Shown: positions 41,201 to 54,384 of the stretch, one piece after another
Layout: each line of letters begins with the position of its first letter
Numbering within the stretch: the stretch's first letter is position 1
Assembly: GCF_009914755.1 (NCBI RefSeq)
Contig: NC_060934.1
DNA length: 64,000 bases
From: the human T2T-CHM13v2.0 reference genome, Homo sapiens
Reading direction: 5' to 3' (one strand)
Translations under genes and position numbers: made by a program
Notes under the pieces: model-generated
Databases searched by the model: none
What the model was told of the DNA's origin: nothing
What the model saw: only the letters and a program-made list of their open reading frames with translations

Positions 41201-44200
41201 GTGGTGAGGATGTGGGGGTTGAAAGGAAATGGTGTATCAAGTGAACCAGAAACATATGGGTACTTGAGATAATGGGAGTGCTAGAAGCAAGGAGCCAGCA
41301 AGTCTAGCAGACATGCAAGCCCTGCCTCAGCTTCTCTTCCAGCTACTCAGCTTTTCTCCCAAAAAAGGTGTATGTGTCCAGGAATTTATCTGTTTCTTGT
41401 AGATTTTCTAGTTTATGTGCATAGAGGTGTTTATAGTATTCTCTGATGATTGTTTCTATTTCTGTGGGGTCAGTGGTGATATTCCCCTTATCATTTCTGA
41501 TTATGTTTCTTTGATTCTTCTCTCTTTTCTTCTTTACTAGTCTAGCTAGTTGTCTATTTTATTAATTTTTTCAAAAAACTGTTCCTGGATTCATTGATTT
41601 TTTTTTTTTTTTTGAAGGATTTCTGTGTCTCCATCTTCTTCAGTTCAGCTCTGATCTTGGTTATTTCTTGTCTTCTGCTCACTTTGGGGTTGGTTTGCTC
41701 TTGGTTCTCTAGTCCTTTTAGTTGTGATGTTAGGTTGTTAACTTGAGATCTTTCTAGCTCTTTGATATGGGCATTTCGTGCTATAAATTTCCCTCTTAAC
41801 AGTGCTTTAGCTGCATCCCAGAGATGGTGGTATGTTTTCTCTTTGTTCTCATTACTTTCAAAGAACTTGATTTCTGCCTTACTTTCATGATTTTCTCAAG
41901 AGTCATTCAGGAGATGGTTGTTCAGTTTCCATGTAGTTGTGTGGTTTTGAGTGAATTTCCCAATCTCGAGTTCTAATTTGGTTGCACTATGGTCCAAGAG
42001 ACTGTTATGATTTCAGTTCTTTTGCATTTGCTGAGGAGTGTTTTACTTTTGATTATGTGATCAATTTTGGAGTAAGTGCCCTGTGGCCATGAGAAGAAAT
42101 GCATATTCTGTTGTTTTTGGGTGGAGAGTCCTGTATATATCTATCAGGTCTACTTGATGCAGAGCTGAGTTCAGATCCTGAATATCTTTGTTAAATTTCT
42201 GTCCTGATGATCTTTCTAATATTGTCATTGGGGTATTAATGTCTCCCACTATTATTGTGTGGGAGTCTGCGTCTCTTTGTAGGTCTCTAAAAACTTGCTT
42301 TCTGAATCTTGGTACTTCTATGTTGGCTGCATATATATTTAATAAGATAGTTAGCTCTTCTTGTTGAATTGAACCTTTTACCATTATGTAATGCCCTTCT
42401 TTGTCTTTTTTGATCTTTGTTGGTTTAAAGTCTATTTTGTCAGAAACCAGGATTGCAACCTCTGCTTTTTTTATGTTTTCCATTTGCTTGGTAAATATTC
42501 CCCTTCCCTTTATTTTGAGCCTATGTGTGTCTTTGTATGTGAGATGGGTCTTTTGAAGACAGCATACCGATGGATCTTGGCTAATTATTTAGCTTGCCAT
42601 TTTGTGTCTTTTAATTGGGGCATTTAGCCCATTTACATTTAAGGTTAGTATTATTGTATGTAAATTTGATCTTGTCATCATGATGCTAGCTGGTTATTTT
42701 GCAGACTTGTTTATGTGGTTGCTTCATAGTGTCACTTGGTCTGTGTACTTCATTGTGCTTTTGTAGTAGCTGGTAATGGTTTTTCCTTTCTATATTTAGT
42801 GCTTCCGTCAGGAGCTCTTGCAAAGCAGACTTGGTGATGATGTATTCCATCGGCATTTGTTTGTCTGAAAAGGATCTTATTTCTCCTTTGCTTATGAAGC
42901 TTAGTTTGGCTGGATATGAAATTCTGGGTTGGAAATTCTTTTCTTTAAGAATGTTGAATATTGGCCCCCAACTTCTTCTGGCTTGTAGGGTTTCCACTGA
43001 GAGGTCTGCCATTAGTCTGATTGGCTTTCCTTTGTAGATGACCTGGTCTTTGTCTCTGGCTGCCCTTAACATTTTTTTTTTTCATTTTGACCTTGAGAAT
43101 CTGATGTTTATGTGTCTTGGGGTTGATCTTCTCTTGGAATATCTTATTGGGGTTCTCTGCAGTTCCTGAATTTGAATGTTGGCCTGTCTTGCTACACAGG
43201 GGAAGTTCTGGATGATATCCTGAAGTATGTTTCCCAAGTTGGTTCCATTCTCCCCATCTCTTTCAGGTATCCCAATCAGTTATAGGTTTGGTCTCTTTAC
43301 ATAATTGCATATTTTTCAGAGGTTTTGTTCATTTATTTTCATTCTTTTTTCTCTAATCTTGTCTGCTTGTTTTATTTCAGCAAGATAGTCTTTAAGCTCT
43401 GAGATTCTTTCCTCTACTTAGTCTATTCTGCTATTGATACTGGTGATTACATTGGGAAGTTCTCATGTTATGATTTTTAGCTCCATCAGGTCAGTTATGT
43501 TCCTCTCTCAACCAGCTATTTTGTCTATCAGCTCCTGTGTTGTTTTATCATTCTGAGCTTCTTTGCATTGGGTAATAACATGCTCCTTTAGCTCAGCGAA
43601 GTTTGTTGTTAACTCACCTTCTGAAGCCTACTGTGTCAGTTCAGCCATCTCATCCTCAGCCCAGTTCTGTGCCCTTGCTGGAGAAGTGTTGCGGTCATTT
43701 GCAGGAGATGAGGCACTCTGGCCTTTTGAGTTTTCAGCGTTTTTGCATTGATTCTTTCTCATATTTATGGGCTTATCTACCTTCAATCTTTGAGGTTGCT
43801 GACCTTTGAATTGGGTTTTTGTGGGGTCTTTTTTGTTGATGGTTTTATTGCTGTTGTTTTCTGTTTGTTTTTCTTTTAACAGTCACGCTACTCCTCCAAA
43901 GGGCTGCTGGGGTTTGCTGGCATTCTTCTTCAGACCCTAGTTGCCTCAGTTTTTTTCTTACCTGGAGATATCACCAGTGAAGGCTGTGAAACAGCAAAGA
44001 TGGCAACCTGATCCTCCCTCTGGAAACTCCATTCCAGAGGTTACTGACCTGTTGGCAGCCTGAAGGAGGCACCTGTGGGAAGTGGCTGGAGACCCTGTTG
44101 GGTGATCTCATCCATTTAGGAGAAACAGGATCAGGGACCTACTTAAAGAAGTAGTCTGGCTGCTTTTTGTTAGCACAGCTGTGCTGCGTTGTGGGGGACA

Positions 44201-44890
44201 CTTTCTTGTTCGGACTGTCTGGACTCTCCTGAGCCAGCAGACTGGATCAGCTGAGTTGACCAGACGGCAGAGATGGCGGCTGCCCCTCCTCCTGGAAACT
44301 CAGTCCTTCTCAGGCAGACTCCTTGTTACTGCTGGCTGGCTGGAATTCCAAGTCAGTGGGTCTTAACGTGTAAGGTGCCGTGCAAGTGGGCCTGCAGATC
44401 GATGCTGCTTGGATCCTTGGATTCAGCTCCACTCCTAGTGGTATGTAGGGACAGATCTGCCTTGCTGGTAATCCCGGGGGTGGAATATGCAAAACTCATG
44501 TATCTCTGTGTGTGTGCCCAAGCTGCTGCTCTACCTGGACGCCACACAGCTCTGTGTATTGGTGACATGGGCTTATGAGAGGATCTCCTTATCCTCTGGT
44601 TGCAAAGACCTGTGGGAGAAGTGTGGTTTCCCCAGGTGGGATTGCACAATCACTCACCACTTCTCTTGGCAGAGGTTGGGGGTTCCTTTGGCTCCACATT
44701 GCTCCCGGGTGGACTGTTGCCCCACCCTGCTTTTCTTCATTTTCTGTGGGTCAGGCTGTTTGTCTAGTCAGTCCCAGTGTGAGAACCTGGATATTTCAGT
44801 TGAAGGTGCTGAGTTCACTCACTGCTTTCATTCCTCTCCGTGAGTGCCGCAGACTGTAACTGCTTCTAATTGGCCATCTTGGCACTCTCT
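38240..44890 (-). mobile_element. Near full-length L1PA (about PA10-PA13 age), antisense to CCSER2, both ORFs disrupted
   Basis: Minus-strand ORFs give ORF1 (YKGKPIRLMADLSVETLQARR), endonuclease (HYIMVKGSIQQEELTI), RT ([37 protein letters not shown]) and the C-terminal domain. 5' end reads gagagagtgccaagatggcc (YY1 site). Inserted into an older L1 3' end. Confidence 0.93.
41022..41364 (-). mobile_element. Solo LTR, LTR14A-like (HERV-K HML-1), nested in L1 ORF2
   Basis: About 343 bp, tgttggggtgatcagacccaaca...cagcttttctccca, with AATAAA on the - strand. L1 sequence cttgggagggt|gtatgtgtcc resumes, with degenerate TSD agggt / aaggt. Family from recall. Confidence 0.75.
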
Positions 44891-45137
44891 CCTGTTTGCT
44901 TTAAATGTGTACAGTTTAATTGCATGTCAAACATTCTGCAATGGAGTTTTTAAAAATGAAAAAAAAATTTCCAGAGATTTTGTTTTTCAAATAATTTTTC
45001 TAGTTACTTTTAGTCTTTGGAGGGCCCAACACAAAATTGAATGTATTTGCATGGAACACCCAACATAGGAAACAGTTTTAATTTTATTCATATTGTCTGT
45101 AATAAAGTAGATATTTCCCTTCTATAAGAGTTTTTTT

Positions 45138-45436
<299 letters not shown>

Positions 45437-46261
45437 TTATGACCATGATGTCTCAGTCTTTTAAAAGTTTGTTGGACTTTTGATCTTTTTACTTGTATAT
45501 ACTAAGGAAAGGTCTTATGATATTTGGATTCATTCTTGGATTGTAAGGACGCACCAGTGGGCTATAGGTCAAACTGAGTTTATTACCTTAACCTTAGTTT
45601 TTGTTTATTCAGTTCTTTAGGCTTCAGAACAACAGTCTTTGAAAATAAAACACTACTTTTTTAAGAAGAGATAATAGCTAGTAAGGTTGCAAATAAAAGC
45701 CAGCAGGGACTGCATATGCTAGGTTGAATAGTCTAGTCTTATCATAGAAAAAGAACAAATTGAGTCAAGCCAAGGAGGTGACAGAGTGCTTAATGGTAAC
45801 AGGAGATGGGTTTGGCACAAGAAAGGAAATGGAATAACCACATTGTTAAAGACTTATTTTATTATTTATGTAAGTGGTCCAATCCCTGGAAATAATAGAA
45901 CAGCCTCTCACCTCTTATACCAATTATGAATAAATTTTGGGCAATTCTTTACTATTTTTGATTCTTCAGTATTTTACCAGGGAAGATGTTAAAAACATGG
46001 ACTTAAAAGTTTTTTAATATGAAAATAAAAATCTATTGGGGAGGAAAGACTAGGAGGAAGACTAGGAGAAGGATGTTAGAAATAGCTTAATTAAACTAGT
46101 TGAATCTATTTTTATTTTTAAAAAACTTGAAAACCTATTTTATTCTTTCAGTGCAGATAATGAGTGAATTCAGGATATCATATAGTTCGATTTTAAAAAA
46201 TAATGGTTGACATATCCTTAGAGCTAGATTATGGTATATTTTTTACTGCTTTTGTTCACAG

Positions 46262-46352
46262 GATATTTTGAATAATCTTGAATCATGTGACCTTGAGGAT
46301 GATGATCTTATGCTTGATGTGGATCTGCCTGAGGATGCACCTCTTGAAAATG
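46262..46352 (+). CDS. CCSER2: CCSER2 coding exon 4 (91 nt), not in the ORF track
   Basis: Acceptor ttttgttcacag at 46261. Encodes DILNNLESCDLEDDDLMLDVDLPEDAPLEN plus 1 nt (G). Donor ATG|GTAAGT at 46352/46353. Phase 0 in, phase 1 out, matching both neighbouring exons. Confidence 0.92.
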
Positions 46353-47329
46353 GTAAGTTGAGACAATATTGAACCTTCAGAGGTATATACTTGAGCTACT
46401 CGACTGTAGCCAATTTGATATTTGTTACTTGCAGACTTCTTAATCTTAATGGAGCCTTTCAGACTGAGAATCAGTCTTAAGTGAGGTAAAATAGGTTCAT
46501 TTGCAAACTAACTTAAATATTTAAAACCTGATTTTGTAAGTCTTAGATATAATTCTCTATCATCCAATAACATTGTATACCATAAAGTAAGTTGCAGATA
46601 AGAGTTGTCTTTTTTTCTGTGTATGTACCCAGTTTTTCCTCCCTTTATCTCATTTTGATTTTAGGAAGAAATGTATTTACAGAAACATACCATCTTACTT
46701 GTGAAACACTATAATATCTTAATTTGATAAATATTTTATAGAGATTAATTCTGGGAATGTGATGACCTTCTGAATGGATCATTCTGTACATTTTACTCCC
46801 AATTCTAGTCTATCTTTCTCTCTAGAGCCAAGTAACTGCTGGGGTGAGGCTTTAGGTAATCCATATGGGAGAGGGGCCTTAGGTTCTTTTCACTCCAGTG
46901 ACATAGCACTTGTAGGATTTTTTTTATCTTAAAGACTGTTGGAGAACCAGAAACCAGCATAAAAAAGCCCTGGAGGCAAAGGTTGAAATGGGGATACTCC
47001 TGGGGAGAGGGCTGCCCTTAGAAATCTGAGAATTTCCTGTCAATCAACATTTGCCTGGTCTCACAGGCCTCCATGGGCTGGAAATAAAGTGAAAATGGTG
47101 AGTGGGATCCTTTTATCCATGGTGCTAGAAAAATGCAAGGAATATTTCAGAGAGGGGAGGTGTCTGTTCCAGTGCTTCACTGGGGTGTTAGTAGCCTGCT
47201 TTGCTGCTTTACTACAAGCTTATATTTGTCATACTGGTGAGGCTTTTATTTTTCCTGCCAGAATGCTGTATGGCATTCTCAAAATCTCAGTTGCTTTCAA
47301 AATAAACGTGTATTTTTCTCATTCATGGA

Positions 47330-48092
47330 TCTAAGGATTAGCTGGGAAGCTCAGGCTATGGGACTAGCTTGAGGTCTGTTCCATGTTTCTTCATTTTGAG
47401 ACCAGGACCACTGTGGGGCAGGTTGTTCTCACGACAGCAGAAATGCAACAGGATGAGCAGAAACATGCATATTATGTCTCTTAAAGTCTTAGCTAAGAAC
47501 TAGCACATTTTTTTTTTAGAATAACAAAAAATATTTTACTAAAACGTAAGATTTACAGAAGTTTCCAGATAAGCCATACGAAATGGTCACAAGATTTTTT
47601 GAAGAGGGGAATCTACACTTGACAGCAAAGTCACAATGTTGTTAGTGAGGGCTGTGATATTTGTTTAATGTTCCCATTTTAGTTCAAACAGTCAAGCTTG
47701 TCCATCTACATTGTCTAAATAAAGTTAGATTTGGTTAGAGAGCGTATTCTAAAGAACTGCTTAGCTGCTTTTAACCAATGCAGTTAGATCACCAAAAAAC
47801 GGGAGAAAGGAGCCCATAAAATTAAAATAAAACCAGCTCCCTTCTCAAAAAAAAAAAAATAAAATAAAGAAAAACACCCACACCCCTGGAGCTAACCTGA
47901 CAACTATCTTCATTCACAGAGGACACTTATTTCTAAGCACATTCTTTTGGCCAAAGCAGGTAACATGGCCAAACCTAACACCTTTGAGACTGGGAAGTGT
48001 ACTCTTCATAATGAAGGCTCTGCACATGATAGAGGACATTGCATGTATAATTCTGTAAGGAGAGAATGAAAAGTTGAGGACAATATCCACCA
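47330..48092. mobile_element. Old MLT1-type LTR split by a retrocopy
   Basis: ...ttagctaagaactagcaca | cacattcttttggccaaagcaggtaacatggccaaacc is contiguous MLT1 sequence. Confidence 0.6.
47510..47935 (-). pseudogene. 3'UTR-only processed retrocopy, probably of UBE2D3 mRNA
   Basis: Poly-T at 47508-47517. On the - strand it ends ...ctggaaacttctgtaaatcttacgttttAGTAAAatattttttgttattct-polyA. TSD agcacatt at 47502-47509 and 47936-47943. Parent gene is from recall only. Confidence 0.7.
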
Positions 48093-49142
48093 CTGTCTCA
48101 CAGAGACAGAGAATGTTACACCTTTTTGTGGTTCTGCTGTCGCTTAGTATGCTCTGGCAAACAGCTGAGTTCTAGTGCTGAAAAAGAAAAAAATCACAGG
48201 CAACACTGAGGAAGAACAAGGAAAATGACAGAACCCTGAGGATTAGAGTAGTCAAAGGAGATAATCACTTAGATTGAATTGCAGCACAATTCTTTCTGGA
48301 GTTAAAAGACAAGACTTCCCAACAGAACAGTTTATTCAGTAAATGACAGAAAGCATCACTGCTATTGAATCTGAATTAGTGACTTGAAAGATCAAGTAGA
48401 AAAATATTGTAGAACACAGAGGAAAAACATAAACCATTGGAAAGTTATAGGGGAAGAATAATGAGACTTGATGATCTGGGAAATTTAATGGTAATTTTTA
48501 GGGCTGGTAGTGAGGAGTGAGGGATTTACTTCCTCGGAATAAATCACATGCTAGGTAATGCATTTTACTTTGACAGAATTGTAACAACTTCTCTTGGAAA
48601 CTTTATGCCCTTTCTGAGTGGAAGTAGAAAGAAAGGATCTTAGAGCCTGCCTTATCTTTAGCAGACAACAGAAAGTTACCCAAATATTAGATAAAAGTAG
48701 AATCACAGGGAAATTTAGTCTTTGAGGTCTTGATTGGGGACTTGTGAAAAGTAGGAGGGAACTCTTGGGAACATCCCACATAAACAGTACTTTAGATTTT
48801 TCTAGAAGAAGGCAAACAACTATTGGCTATTTTGAGTAAAGGAACATTAAAGAAAGCATGTAAGAACATGGATCTAAAATATGTAGCCTCCTGAGGCACC
48901 AAAGATAAAATAGTATCTAGGTTTGGTACTATAGGAAAGTGGGAAATTTTTCTTTTTATGGCTCTTAAGTCCCGAACAATTATACACACCCATTACAGTT
49001 TTTTGGCTGGGAGGATGAGAATGTTACAGGGACTGATAGAGATTTAGGGAGTCTAATAATGTGCTTTCCACTACAGGTTTTAGTCCTTTATAGCTTCTGG
49101 TTGTTGATGATATTATGCAGGTTTGATAAAGATTTAGATGGG

Positions 49143-49443
<301 letters not shown>

Positions 49444-49778
49444 TTAGATTGGTCACTATGAACTATAATGAATTGCCACTAATTCTCCCAGTATCAGTGG
49501 AGTTTTGGCCCACAGAAGAGTGGCACCTCACTGAAATCTTTAATTTGGATACAAGTTTGCTGTGACCTCATTATGAATGACAATTGTCAGATTATCATTT
49601 CATGGAAGAAGCCATGAGGAGAGTATTTTTCTGGTGAATGCATTTGTGCAGTTAATCTTTCCCTATTAAATGTGGCATATGTAGTAGCAAAAATAAGGAG
49701 AGAATGTTGGTCAAATGTTTTCTGGACTTTCGTGAGTTAGGATTTGGAGACTGTTATTGGAGGAAAGTTTTTGGAGAT

Positions 49779-50143
49779 TGTATTAATCCATTCTCACGCT
49801 GCTATAAAGAACTGCCTGAGACTGGGTAATTTATACAGGAAAGAGGTTTAGTTGACTTACAGTTCTGCATGGTTGGGGAGGCCTCAGGAAACTTGCAGTC
49901 ATGCTGGAAGGGGGAGCAAACATGTCCTTCTTCACATGGCAGCAGGAGAGAGAAGTGCTGAGCAAAGGGGGAAAATCCCCTTATAAAATGATCAGATCTC
50001 ATGAGAACTCACTATCACCAGAACATCATGGAGGAAACTGCCCCCATGATTCAATTATCTCCACCTGGTCCTGCCCTTTACACATGGGGATTATTGCAAT
50101 TTAAGGTGAGATTTGGGTAGGGACACAGAGCCAAACCATGTCA
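49779..50143 (-). mobile_element. MSTA/THE1-type MaLR solo LTR
   Basis: tgtattaatccattctcacgctgctataaag...gccaaaccatgtca, 365 bp. 5-bp TSD gagat / gagaa. Confidence 0.88.
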
Positions 50144-50148
50144 GAGAA

Positions 50149-50772
50149 TGTAGGGGCAGAAAAGTATGATACTTTTTCTCAACCATCTTAAGGGTCATGA
50201 CTGACACACCTATAACAAAAGACAGGTTAACAAAAAAAGTGGAACACATTTATTTAATCAAAATGGTACATGACACGGGATTCTTCAGAAATGAAGACCC
50301 AAAGACCTAGGGAAAACCCTGATTTTATGCTTAGGCTTGGTAAAGAATGGACAGCTATATAGAAATGTGATTGGACAAAAGGTTATGATCTAATGGTGAT
50401 AGATGGAGGGCGGGGAGGGTGACCCAGCAAGGCCTGTCTGTTCAGATTCTCTGTAGTATTCCTGCCTCCCAGGTATGGTGCAGAACCCCTCTGGAATGAG
50501 AGTCTTCAAGGAAGAAAGGAAAAGAGAGTGAGTGACCTTTCTAGGTTTTAGGGCTTCCTTTGAGGGAGAGGATTTTTAGTTTCTATGACCTGCCTTGGGG
50601 AGAGGAATTCTGGTTTCTGTAACTCACTTTGCAGAAGGAAGAAGGGCAGGAAACAGGAGGATAGGTAGATCTGAAAGACCTTGCCTCTGAGGCATTTCCA
50701 GTTTCCCTCAGTTCAAAGTACTCATCTTGCCAAAGTGCCACACTTTGTAGTATCATGTTCTGATCCCCAACA
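50149..50772 (-). mobile_element. ERV1-type solo LTR (MER34/MER39-like)
   Basis: TG...CA termini (tgtaggggcag...gttctgatccccaaca), flanked by gagaa on both sides, AATAAA on the - strand. Confidence 0.7.
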
Positions 50773-51263
50773 GAGAAGTCCACACCTGAGTGTTTTGGTG
50801 ACCCTGAGTGTAAGCTAACACTTGCGGGGTCTAAGGTTGATATTTTAGTGCCTGTATCAATAAAACATTTGTAAGGTTGTCCTTTAATATTTAGAGAAAT
50901 TTATTTTTGAGCTTAAGGGTAAAACAGAAAATTTGGTGCTTGACTTCCCCCTCAGAATACTTTGCTAATCACACTTTTTTCTTCTTTATTTCTTATCTCA
51001 TGCTAAAGACTTCCTTCAGAAGGCCTATATTTTTCTCTAGCTGGGGTTCTCAACTCATAGTTAGGGCCCAGTCTCACCTGCATCTGCATCTGGTTGTGAT
51101 CAGCACATTGGGTTTTTGAACTGGGATACCTTGAAGTTCACCAGTTTTTTTCTTTAGTTTGCCACAAGCCACCATCATTCCTTATGGTATTACACACATT
51201 CAGAGGGACTTTTCTTTCTTAATCTTATCTGTCCTGTTTTAAATTTAAATTTATCAGTCTCTG

Positions 51264-51561
<298 letters not shown>

Positions 51562-52354
51562 TTGTCTCTGGAAACCGAATTTGTCTCTGTCTTGTAATTT
51601 TGTTTGCTTTCTCATTTCTTCTCTATTGTTTCAGTTATTTTGTCAGGGAACCTTTAATCTTTTCTAAGAAACCATCAGCAGTGTTATTCCACATTATCTT
51701 CTTAACAGCATTTAAAAATATATAAACACGTGATTGATGGATGCCTTGAGAAGTTAAACATGATACTTCCTGCAGAATCTTGGAGCAGTCATTTCTCTAG
51801 AGTTTAAGCCCACCTTGTCTAAGTTTGAACATTAGTCTTTTGTGGTTATGGCAAATGTTTGCTTCTAATGCTTACTTACCATTATGTCCATGTTTGAGTT
51901 CAAGTTTCAATAAAGATTCCTCAATTTGGAGTCTATATGTGGAGCCCATAACTTTTAGCAAATACAAAAGCACCACATCAGTTTCTACATTGTAATTGCT
52001 CACAATATTTAACCCATCTCCTGGCCTATTCGCCCGATTTGCTTGCTTCTTCCTCTGTGTGGACTACTGTGTGGATATCATTCAAATAACCTATCAAGTG
52101 GTTTTTTGGACAATATTTCTTGCTTTGGGAGTGAGTGGAATTTCTCTTTCCTGAATTGAGGAAAAATATGAATTCAGAACAGTTAAATGTAGATTATCCC
52201 TTCGTTATATAGAGTTACTTAAACTAAAGAAACATTTTAATACCATGTAGAAATACTTAACTGGGTCTTAACTGAATCTATGAATATAATACAAATATGA
52301 ATTTATATATGATGTTGCTAAAGGCACTAAGCTAAAAGCAATTTTAAATCTTGA

Positions 52355-52657
52355 AGCCTGGGCATGGTGATTCATGCCTGTAAGCCCAGCACTTTGGGAA
52401 GCTGAGGTGGAAGAATCCCTTGAGGCCAGGATTTTGAGACCAGCCTGGCCAGCATAGCAAGTCCCCATCTCTTAAAAAAAAAAAAAAAAAAAAAAGACTC
52501 TCCATGGCGGCTTGTGCCTGTAGTCCTAGCTGCTGTGGAGGTTGAGGTGGAAGGATCACTTGAGCTAAGGGGTTTGGGGTTACAGTGAGCTATGATTGCA
52601 CCACTATACTCTATCCTGGGTGACAGATTGAGAACCTGTCTCAAACAAAAAGAAAAA
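52355..52657 (+). mobile_element. AluJ with an expanded central A tract
   Basis: Diverged dimer with an A run of about 22 at 52474-52495. Confidence 0.88.
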
Positions 52658-53249
52658 CCTTCTCGAGATGATTACTTTAAATTTTCTTTTGCTATCTTAT
52701 TTTCTACTTCTGACATTTTTGGACATAATGGTCACCATGCCTTTATTTGTGAAGTTTTCTATAACTGAACTTAAAAAAAAAAAAAAACTTGGTTTATTCC
52801 TGTAAGATGACAACAAATTGAAATAAGTTCAAATGTAAGGCTTCTTTTAAAACATGAACAAAAATTCTTTTTTCACATTATTAAATGTATATTTCTTCTT
52901 CCTCAAGGTGACTATAATGAATATAAACAAAATTTCAGTGTCCTTTTAAAAATGTTTTAAATTGTTATACATTTAGAGGAAATACATTAAAATGAATTCA
53001 GTATATATGAGAACTGAACATCTATACTTTTAAAACTACAATATCCTTTTTTGGAATGCCAAAGTTTGTTTTTATCTGGTATACTGTAATGAAACACTCG
53101 TCATGTTTCAAATTCAGGTTTTTGGTTCAGTGAAACAGTAATTTAAATAAGCGAGGTTTTTTTTTTTAATGGGGATTATGTTGATTTTTATAGCTTTTTA
53201 TTACAAGGAATTCTGAACATGCAGGACTTGAACTTTCTCATGTAGTAGT

Positions 53250-53539
53250 TCTCAGACTAGAGAAACCTTTCCTGTTTTGTGGCTTGGGTTAGTGTTTAGC
53301 AGTATTTTTAGTAACCGTCCTAAGTCAGTAGCTATGTAAGCACTGAGTGAAGATGGAGTCACAGGGCAAACTGGGCTTGCTTCCCACAGGGAGGGCTGGG
53401 TTTTGAGCAGGAAGGAAGGCCTGTTCAGCAGTGCCTTGGGTACAACTATGTCTGAGTAGGCAGCCGGTAACACAATGTCTCCCTTGTGCAAAGTAACTCT
53501 CTTAGTGAGTGCTCAGATATGTGAGGAAAAAGTATTTGG
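53250..53539 (+). promoter_or_regulatory. Candidate internal promoter and non-coding alternative first exon of CCSER2
   Basis: Non-repeat island of higher GC within AT-rich intron. ETS (ttcctg, caggaag) and AP-1-like (gagtca, taagtca) words. Strong donor TGG|GTAAGT at 53539/53540, about 680 nt upstream of exon 5. Confidence 0.55.
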
Positions 53540-54221
53540 GTAAGTGAAGAAGCTTGGGGTGTTTCAAAGAGATTCTTTTCGTGTTTTTGTGGTATTTGGG
53601 TTTAAGGGAGTGTACTGTTTGTTGCTGCAAACTACTGGCTTTGTTTTCAGTGGCATTTTAGACTTTTTGAACAAGCTCTTACTGCAGGCAGATTGAAGCG
53701 TCTTACTTTCCGAAAATGTGAGCTTAATTTTAAAAGTGTGATTTGTTTGTGATGAAAAGTTAATTTGTGCTTCTTGAGATCAGTGAAAATTAATTGTAGC
53801 AGTCCTTTATAGGAATGAGTTCTCTTAAAAATCTGCTGTTTCCTGTCATTTTCATTCTGAAATCAGAGCCAACTTGTGACAGTGATGAAAACCACCTAAA
53901 ACTGATTATGAGTGTTTAAAATGTATAATGTTGATTTCAAGGTTAATTTGCCTGTTTTAAAACAGTGTGGCAGTTAATTGTTTACATGACTGTAATGTAA
54001 AAGTATTATAATTTACTTCATTTTGAATAATATTAAGTTCAGTTTTCACCAGAAGAACTGGTTATGCTTTTAGAAATCTTGATATTGTGATTAACATAAA
54101 TGGCTGATATTTTTAAACTATTATTTTTATTTGATTTACAGCATTTAATTATCAAGCTATAAGAGTCAACTTTTATGGAGTATGTACATGTTTATAGTCT
54201 TTTGCTTTTGAATCTGTCTAG

Positions 54222-54384
54222 TGGAGTGTGACAATATGAACCGCTTTGACCGACCAGACAGAAATGTTCGGCAGCCTCAGGAAGGTTTTTGGAAAAGGCC
54301 ACCCCAGAGGTGGAGTGGACAGGAGCATTACCACCTCAGCCACCCTGACCACTATCATCACCATGGAAAAAGTGACTTGAGCAG
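54222..54384 (+). CDS. CCSER2: CCSER2 coding exon 5 (163 nt), not in the ORF track
   Basis: Acceptor ttttgaatctgtctag at 54221. G+TG gives V, then ECDNMNRFDRPDRNVRQPQEGFWKRPPQRWSGQEHYHLSHPDHYHHHGKSDLS plus AG. Consensus donor CAG|GTAAGT at 54384/54385. Confidence 0.92.

Noticed and set aside
38474-43072. Endonuclease, RT and ORF1 fragments as an active L1
   Set aside because: Many stops and frameshifts plus an LTR insertion; not retrotransposition-competent.
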